A stretch of 6,319 nucleotides of DNA, from IMG/VR virus record IMGVR_UViG_3300045988_067702, positions 1 through 6,319 of that record. One strand, 5' to 3'. Shown here piece after piece: positions 1 through 3,866 of this stretch. Source of the DNA: a virus. The notes beneath the pieces are model-generated. The model was not told where the DNA came from and did not search any database. It saw only the letters and a list, made by a program, of their open reading frames with translations. Each line of letters begins with the position of its first letter. Position 1 is the first letter of the stretch. The translations under genes and the position numbers were made by a program.

Positions 1-55
1 ACCATCTAAATCTGTTTCGACAAGATCTGATGGTGATGCTTGGCATATTAATGGA
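1..55. repeat. Terminal redundancy, copy 1, identical to 6265..6319. It marks a circular genome of 6264 nt unit length.
   Basis: Read directly: accatctaaatctgtttcgacaagatctgatggtgatgcttggcatattaatgga occurs at both window ends. The capsid reading frame is continuous across the join (5369, 6266 and 2 are in the same phase). Confidence 0.95.
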
Positions 56-991
56 TCAGCTTCTTTTGATTCTGGTCTTCCAGTTGTTTCTCGTAAGGGT
101 TCTTCTTCTACCATTGGTAGTCTTGGTTGGTCTAACGGTGCTACTGGTGGTCAACTTGTCCATTCTCACGTTATTAACCAAGATTCTCTTTCTATGTCAA
201 TCTTATCTCTTCGTCAGGCTTACGCTGCCCAGAAATATAAGGAGATTCAGTTGGCAAATGATGTTGATTTTGCGTCTCAGATTGAGGCTCATTTTGGTGT
301 TAAGCCTAAACACGCTGATGATACATCCTATTTTATTGGTGGTTCTTCTTCTATGATTGATATTAACCCTATTGTTAACCAGAACCTTTCTGGTGACGGT
401 CAAGCTGATTTTAAAGCTTCTCCTATTGGTAACGGTTCGTCTAAGATTAAGTTTACTGCTGATACTTACGGTGTTGTTATGGGTATTTATCGTTGTACAC
501 CTATATTGGATTACGCTCACATCGGTATTGACCGTACTCTTTGCAAGACTGATGCTTCCGATTTCGTCATCCCAGAAATGGATAGTATCGGTATGCAACA
601 GAATTATCTTTTTGAAGTTCAAGCACCTTCTTTTGATCGTGTAAAGGTTGGCTTCGTTAATGACGAAAATTTTGTTAAGTCATACGGTTATGCTCCTCGA
701 TATTCTGAGTACAAGACTAATTACGATAAATATAACGGTGATTTTTGCTTTACTCTGGATTCTTGGGTAACTGGTCTTCCTGCTGATATGATCGATGAGA
801 TTTGTCGTCGCAATCTATCTTCTATGCAGATAGCTCCAGAACTCTTTAACTGCCGACCATCTTTATGTAATAGTATCTTTGTCAATCAGAATAACTATCT
901 TGTTTCTGATGATAAACTTTACATTGGAATGGTTAATATGGCTTATGTTACTCGTAACCTTAGTCGTTACGGTCTTCCTTATTCTAATTAG
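1..991 (+). CDS. VP1: Major capsid protein, C-terminal part (continuation of 5369..6264). Position 1 is the third base of a split codon, the in-window frame starts at 2, and the stop TAG is at 989..991.
   Basis: The frame containing track ORF 194..991 is open back to position 2 (PSKSVSTRSDGDAWHINGSASFDSGLPVVSRKG...SMSILSLRQAYAAQKYKEIQ...). It is in phase with 5369 through the 55-nt overlap. The LRxAxAxQKxxEI-like segment and the C-terminal ...RYGLPYSN are typical of microvirus capsid proteins as I recall them. Confidence 0.9.
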   Translation, partial: PSKSVSTRSDGDAWHINGSASFDSGLPVVSRKGSSSTIGSLGWSNGATGGQLVHSHVINQDSLSMSILSLRQAYAAQKYKEIQLANDVDFASQIEAHFGVKPKHADDTSYFIGGSSSMIDINPIVNQNLSGDGQADFKASPIGNGSSKIKFTADTYGVVMGIYRCTPILDYAHIGIDRTLCKTDASDFVIPEMDSIGMQQNYLFEVQAPSFDRVKVGFVNDENFVKSYGYAPRYSEYKTNYDKYNGDFCFTLDSWVTGLPADMIDEICRRNLSSMQIAPELFNCRPSLCNSIFVNQNNYLVSDDKLYIGMVNMAYVTRNLSRYGLPYSN

Positions 992-1006
992 TTAAATTTG
1001 TTTATT

Positions 1007-1459
1007 ATGAGTATTAGAAATTATAAAACAAAGTGTTATGTGCCTCCCGTTGGCGAGGATTTGCAGCATGATTTTTTTGATGATGGTGTTTCTATCCATT
1101 CTGATGTTACGTTGTTAAATAGATTGTCCGATATGCGACTTTCTCAGTCTCTTATGGATGGTATTTTGTCACGATTTACTCAGATTAAGGATGATATGCC
1201 AAATGAGATTAGGGATAAGTTTTCCGCTCTTGATGATTTTGATAAAATGGAATTTACTGATTCTCGTTATTTGCAGTCTCTTTCTGATAAGAAATCTGCT
1301 TTGTCTTCATTTATTGATGATTTTGATAAGAAGGTTTTAGAAATGAAGGATTCTGAGGAAAAGTCGAAGCTTGCTTCTGCTCGTAAGAATTTGGATAATT
1401 ATATTTTGTCTATGTTCTCTGGTGAGTCTTCTTCTGATGATGAGTCTTCCTCTGATTAA
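1007..1459 (+). CDS. 150-aa acidic hypothetical protein, possibly an internal scaffolding (VP3-like) protein.
   Basis: Track ORF 998..1459 starts at TTG. The in-frame ATG at 1007 in an ATTATG context is the more likely start. Codon usage matches the other genes. It lies between the capsid and pilot genes, is Asp/Glu/Ser-rich with the tail SGESSSDDESSSD, and ends in a double stop TAATAA. I recognise no family motif, so the function is a guess from size, charge and position. Confidence 0.7.
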   Translation: MSIRNYKTKCYVPPVGEDLQHDFFDDGVSIHSDVTLLNRLSDMRLSQSLMDGILSRFTQIKDDMPNEIRDKFSALDDFDKMEFTDSRYLQSLSDKKSALSSFIDDFDKKVLEMKDSEEKSKLASARKNLDNYILSMFSGESSSDDESSSD

Positions 1460-1467
1460 TAATTTAT

Positions 1468-1492
1468 GCCCCCTTTTTAGGGGGCTTTGTTT
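1468..1492 (+). terminator. Intrinsic-terminator-like hairpin between the 150-aa gene and VP2.
   Basis: gccccc(1468..1473)-ttttta-gggggc(1480..1485) forms a perfect 6-bp GC stem followed by tttgttt (1486..1492), starting 9 nt after the stop codon. Confidence 0.5.
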
Positions 1493-1510
1493 AATTTAAA
1501 TTTGTCGTAT

Positions 1511-2530
1511 ATGTCTGCTACTATTGGTGCTGCCGCTATCACTGCTGGTGCTGGTCTTTTAGGTTCTTTGTTTGGTTCTAAAAAGCAGGATAAAAATGCC
1601 CAAGCGCAACGTGATTGGCAGGAGAAAATGTATCTTATGGATAGAGAATATAATACTGCTGCAAATCAGCGTAAGCGTTTTGAAGAAGCAGGTCTCAATC
1701 CTAATTTGATGATGAATGGTTCTGCTGGTTCTGTTTCTGGTTCTATTCCATCCACATCTATGTCCAATTCTGGTGAAACTTTGTCACAAGGTATTAGTTC
1801 TGCAGGTTCATCTGCTGCCCAGATGATTGCTCAGCAGATGGATATTAATGCTCAAAAGAATGTTCGTGATGCCGAGACTCGTAAAGCTGATGAAGAAGCT
1901 GACTATACTGGTCAGATGACAGAAGCGCAACGTATGCAAAATATGTATCTTTTACAGACTTTGCAGGCTAAGACAAAAAATCTTCAGCTTAGGAATGTTT
2001 ATCAAGAGCTCGAAAATAAATACGCACAAGATTCTTTGGATGCTCGTGTAGATTTGGTTAATGCTCAAAACCAATCTCTTGCTAATCGTGCTTATCTCGA
2101 TGCAATGAATGCTGCCCTTGCTGATACTCAGAACCGTATTTCTAAGGTTAATTTGTCTTGGCTTCCTGCTGAAAAACAAGCAGGTTTAGCAAATGTTATT
2201 GCTCAGTCCGCTTTATTTGCTGCTCAACGTGGAATGGCTGCTGCAGCTGCTCGTATGTACGTTTCGTCTGCTGCTCTTAATTATGCTAATGAGTCTGGTA
2301 TTAAGATAGATAATGATTTCAGAAAAGCTACTCAGCAATTATCTATTGATGCAACAAATGATTCTAGTCGCTGGACTCAGCAGAAGTATGAAGATACTCA
2401 AAGTCCTGCTAATAAGCTTTGGCGTTGGCTTGGTATTGATGGTTCTTGGTTACCTGCTGCTGGTGCTTATGCTTTTGGTAAATCTACCAAAGTTATGCAT
2501 GCTCCTAAAAAAGTTAAAGGTTTCCATTAG
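1511..2530 (+). CDS. VP2: DNA pilot / minor capsid protein (Microviridae VP2 / H-like), 339 aa.
   Basis: Track ORF 1487..2530 starts at TTG. The in-frame ATG at 1511 is the likely start. The N-terminus is a Gly/Ala-rich hydrophobic helix (MSATIGAAAITAGAGLLGSLFG). It is followed by QRDWQEKMYLMDREYNTAANQRKRFEEAGLNPNLMM, which matches the conserved pilot-protein block (...NTAxQRxxxxxAGLNPxL...) as I remember it, then by long Ala/Gln-rich helical segments. Confidence 0.85.
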   Translation: MSATIGAAAITAGAGLLGSLFGSKKQDKNAQAQRDWQEKMYLMDREYNTAANQRKRFEEAGLNPNLMMNGSAGSVSGSIPSTSMSNSGETLSQGISSAGSSAAQMIAQQMDINAQKNVRDAETRKADEEADYTGQMTEAQRMQNMYLLQTLQAKTKNLQLRNVYQELENKYAQDSLDARVDLVNAQNQSLANRAYLDAMNAALADTQNRISKVNLSWLPAEKQAGLANVIAQSALFAAQRGMAAAAARMYVSSAALNYANESGIKIDNDFRKATQQLSIDATNDSSRWTQQKYEDTQSPANKLWRWLGIDGSWLPAAGAYAFGKSTKVMHAPKKVKGFH

Positions 2531-2680
2531 TAAAATGACTTTATAATCCATTTTTGGTATGTCATTTACTATTATATATTTATGCGTGTGTATTTTTTAT
2601 ATATATTTATATATAGATTTACGCACGTATTTTTTTATCTTATTTCATTCTGCTTCTGTTTTCCCGATTCTAGCATACAC

Positions 2681-2710
2681 TCATTAGTTATTATTAGTTA
2701 TCATTAGTTA
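2681..2710. repeat. Three tandem 10-bp repeats (iteron-like): tcattagtta / ttattagtta / tcattagtta.
   Basis: Read directly. The period is exactly 10 nt. A fourth 9/10 copy, tcattagcta, lies at 2948..2957 on the far side of the hairpin island. Confidence 0.85.
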
Positions 2711-2712
2711 TT

Positions 2713-2720
2713 TACTTTTG
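2713..2720 (+). promoter_or_regulatory. Exact match to the Bacteroides-type -7 promoter element TAnnTTTG (tacttttg), just upstream of the hairpin island.
   Basis: The motif match was read directly. No TTTG (-33 element) sits at the expected spacing upstream, and such 8-mers occur by chance in T-rich DNA. Confidence 0.2.
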
Positions 2721-2725
2721 TGCTT

Positions 2726-2935
2726 CGGTCGTGAACGGTTCGAAGAACCCGACCGCTTATCATCTCAAAGTCTCCCGTAAGGCTGTGATACCATGAAAAA
2801 CACTAGCCTTTCGGTTCCTTTGGGCAATGCCAAAGGAACTGGGGTTTGGGGCAACGCCCCATAAGACAGGAAACGTAGTTTCCGCTCCTTCCGCTTCCGG
2901 ATGACCGGAAGTGGGGTTATAGGGGCAACGCCCCT
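2726..2935 (+). other. GC-rich array of seven consecutive stem-loops. It could be a structured ssDNA element such as a complementary-strand origin, or a structured ncRNA. Function is unknown.
   Basis: The seven hairpins are: H1 2726..2755 (cggtcg/cgaccg enclosing ggttc-GAA-gaacc); H2 2779..2810 (aaggct+gtg / cac+agcctt); H3 2814..2839 (10-bp stem gttcctttgg/ccaaaggaac); H4 2848..2860 (ggggc-AAC-gcccc); H5 2869..2883 (ggaaac-GTA-gtttcc); H6 2891..2914 (ccgcttccgg-ATGA-ccggaagtgg, one G.T); H7 2921..2935 (aggggc-AAC-gcccct). My hand count gives 118/220 G+C for 2721..2940. The track shows no ORF of 60 aa or more on either strand. Confidence 0.8.
2758..2772. repeat. 15-bp direct repeat tatcatctcaaagtc, left copy (its partner is at 2956..2970).
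   Basis: Exact 15/15 identity read directly. Together with the 10-mer tcattagYta it forms a 23-nt unit. That unit is intact at 2948..2970 and split on the left side by 2711..2757. Confidence 0.9.
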
Positions 2936-2955
2936 AATCGCCTGCTATCATTAGC

Positions 2956-2970
2956 TATCATCTCAAAGTC
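2956..2970. repeat. 15-bp direct repeat tatcatctcaaagtc, right copy.
   Basis: Exact identity with 2758..2772. The two copies bracket hairpins H2 to H7. Confidence 0.9.
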
Positions 2971-2972
2971 CT

Positions 2973-2988
2973 TATCTTATATAAGATA
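2973..2988. repeat. Perfect 16-bp palindrome tatcttatataagata.
   Basis: It equals its own reverse complement, checked by hand. It starts 3 nt after the right 15-bp repeat. Confidence 0.85.
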
Positions 2989-2994
2989 TTACGA

Positions 2995-3019
2995 AATCGG
3001 TGTTTACTTTCCACCGATT
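2995..3019 (+). other. Stem-loop with an 8-bp stem (aatcggtg / caccgatt) and a 9-nt loop.
   Basis: Read directly: 2995..3002 pairs with 3012..3019. Confidence 0.6.
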
Positions 3020-3162
3020 CAGTCTCTTCTAGTTTATCTACTGTTAAAGTGACACCGACTTAATAAGGTTCGCTTGCTAGGTACGTTCTACTGTATTCGT
3101 ATCAGTTTCTTTATGTCGGTGATAATTTATGCACTTTAATCGTTTCCTATTCATAGATAGCA

Positions 3163-3174
3163 TTTCACGTGAAA
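3163..3174. repeat. Perfect 12-bp palindrome tttcacgtgaaa (CACGTG core).
   Basis: It equals its own reverse complement, checked by hand. Confidence 0.8.
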
Positions 3175-3197
3175 CATTGTAAAAGTAAACTAATATT

Positions 3198-3225
3198 TGT
3201 TAATATAACGTCCCTTATGTTATAA
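3198..3225 (+). other. dif-like 28-mer tgttaatataa-cgtccc-ttatgttataa, a candidate Xer recombination / attP site.
   Basis: Compared by eye with E. coli dif GGTGCGCATAA-TGTATA-TTATGTTAAAT. The right arm matches 9/11, including TTATGTTA. The left arm matches 6/11, including the terminal ATAA. The ATAA-N6-TTAT geometry is kept. The AT-rich context makes a chance match plausible. Confidence 0.25.
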
Positions 3226-3307
3226 CGTATCTATTTTTTTTGTAATATTGCACTCGAAATCAGTTGCTTTATGTTTCTGGTATCTTTAATGTTTAATTTA
3301 AATTGTT

Positions 3308-3559
3308 ATGATTATGGAAAAGGTTATTTCTGATTCTGAGCGGTCTCAATTCTTTAATAATGAATTGCGTGACTATTTTAAGGTTATTGTAACCTCTAAT
3401 GTCTTGGGTGATGTTTATACTACTCATTATGCTGTCCGTACTGATGAAGTTTCTTCTTTTATGGATTCAGTGTATGATACTTATGGTAATGATGCGGTTA
3501 TTCAGTTTAATGGTATCTTTCAGCAGAAAGATACTCGCTTCTGGTTCACTATGGTTTAA
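3308..3559 (+). CDS. Hypothetical protein, 83 aa (81 aa if it starts at ATG 3314).
   Basis: It is the first ORF after the noncoding region. Its NNT-biased codon usage matches the structural genes. The second ATG at 3314 sits in the recurrent tgATTATG context. I recognise no motif. Confidence 0.6.
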   Translation: MIMEKVISDSERSQFFNNELRDYFKVIVTSNVLGDVYTTHYAVRTDEVSSFMDSVYDTYGNDAVIQFNGIFQQKDTRFWFTMV

Positions 3560-3577
3560 TTATTAAGTGTTTAAGAT

Positions 3578-3661
3578 ATGAATTTTACTAATTTTTTATC
3601 AGATACGATTCCACGGTGCTTTTTCAGCCATGTTGTTTTGTTTTATTTTAATAATTTGTAA
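3578..3661 (+). CDS. Possible 27-aa hydrophobic micro-ORF (MNFTNFLSDTIPRCFFSHVVLFYFNNL).
   Basis: It is below the track length threshold and was found by hand. It exactly fills the gap between the 83-aa ORF and the lipoprotein gene. Its TAA (3659..3661) is 2 nt before the next ATG, in the same taATTATG junction seen at other gene starts. Confidence 0.25.
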   Translation: MNFTNFLSDTIPRCFFSHVVLFYFNNL

Positions 3662-3663
3662 TT

Positions 3664-3864
3664 ATGAAAAAAGAAGTTATCAAGATTATTATTAAGGTGC
3701 TTATTTATGCTCTTAGTTTGATTGGCATTTATTTTGGTGTTTCAGCTATGACTAGTTGCACTGTTCAGCGTCAGTTTGACTCTTTTGGTAAAGGTACGAT
3801 TATCGTATCCGATACTACATATATTTCTCATTCTGGTTCTTGGTTTTTTAAACATGTTCGGTGA
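3664..3864 (+). CDS. Small predicted lipoprotein, 66-aa precursor with a mature part of about 35 aa.
   Basis: MKKEVIKIIIKVLIYALSLIGIYFGVSAMTSC has a Lys-rich n-region, an uncharged h-region and a lipobox-like A-M-T-S-C with Cys32. This fits the PROSITE-style lipoprotein rule as I recall it. Its TGA stop (3862..3864) is 2 nt before the Rep ATG, which suggests translational coupling. Confidence 0.65.
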   Translation: MKKEVIKIIIKVLIYALSLIGIYFGVSAMTSCTVQRQFDSFGKGTIIVSDTTYISHSGSWFFKHVR

Positions 3865-3866
3865 TT

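Noticed and set aside
203-622. Minus-strand ORFs 203..622, 1952..2179, 3828..4019, 4515..4736 and 5687..6034.
   Set aside because: They are antisense to strongly supported + strand genes. They are Lys/Arg/Ile/Asn-rich as expected from the complement of T-rich codons, and microviruses transcribe one strand only. No motifs are present.
30-644. Track ORFs 30..356 and 357..644 (+), which are Leu/Val/Ile/Phe-rich. The same class includes 1158..1340, 2313..2546, 5682..5963 and 5985..6170.
   Set aside because: All lie in the +1 frame of a well-supported gene. With NNT codon bias that frame has T in the middle codon position. This removes stop codons and yields hydrophobic pseudo-proteins. They are by-products of the codon bias, not genes.
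194-991. Track ORF 194..991 treated as a stand-alone 265-aa gene.
   Set aside because: The frame is open upstream to position 2 and continues from 5369 across the circular junction. It is the C-terminal part of the capsid gene, not an independent ORF.
998-1006. Non-ATG starts used by the track: TTG 998, TTG 1487 and GTG 3861.
   Set aside because: Each has an in-frame ATG 6 to 24 nt downstream (1007, 1511, 3867). The TTG at 1487 lies inside the T-run of the terminator hairpin. The alternative starts cannot be excluded without proteomic data.
2581-2640. AT-rich low-complexity tract with the repeated gtatttttt(t)at and weak tgcgt/acgca pairing, considered as a DNA-unwinding element or promoter cluster.
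   Set aside because: Only 5-bp complementarity and short T-runs are present. Nothing distinguishes it from generic AT-rich spacer without comparative data. The weak dif-like reading within it is reported separately.
2559-2687. 42-aa ORF MSFTIIYLCVCIFYIYLYIDLRTYFFILFHSASVFPILAYTH in the AT-rich part of the noncoding region.
   Set aside because: It runs through low-complexity (TA)n-like sequence, uses ATA/TTA codons unlike the other genes, and has no obvious start context. It is most likely a chance ORF, although a small membrane peptide cannot be formally excluded.
2737-2756. GGTTCGAA, resembling a tRNA T-loop, which raised the idea of a tRNA or tRNA-derived attP fragment.
   Set aside because: The flanks do not form a 5-bp T-stem around a 7-nt loop. 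Instead the sequence folds as ggttc-GAA-gaacc. No acceptor, D or anticodon arms could be built.
2841-2925. Four GGGG tracts (2841, 2848, 2913, 2922) as a possible G-quadruplex.
   Set aside because: Two of the tracts are already paired in strong hairpins H4 and H7, and the central loop would be about 60 nt. This is not a canonical intramolecular G4.
2726-2935. Self-cleaving ribozyme (hammerhead CUGAUGA...GAAA) or a mini CRISPR array, suggested by the repeated hairpin ggggcaacgcccc.
   Set aside because: There is no CUGAUGA core (only ggATGAcc as a hairpin loop). There are only two repeat copies with unequal flanks, no regular repeat-spacer periodicity and no cas genes.
3240-3307. Promoter for the 3308..5357 gene block.
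   Set aside because: Only near-matches to TAnnTTTG are present (taatattg and tatgtttc at 3270..3277), with no exact -7 or -33 pair. The support is too weak to annotate.
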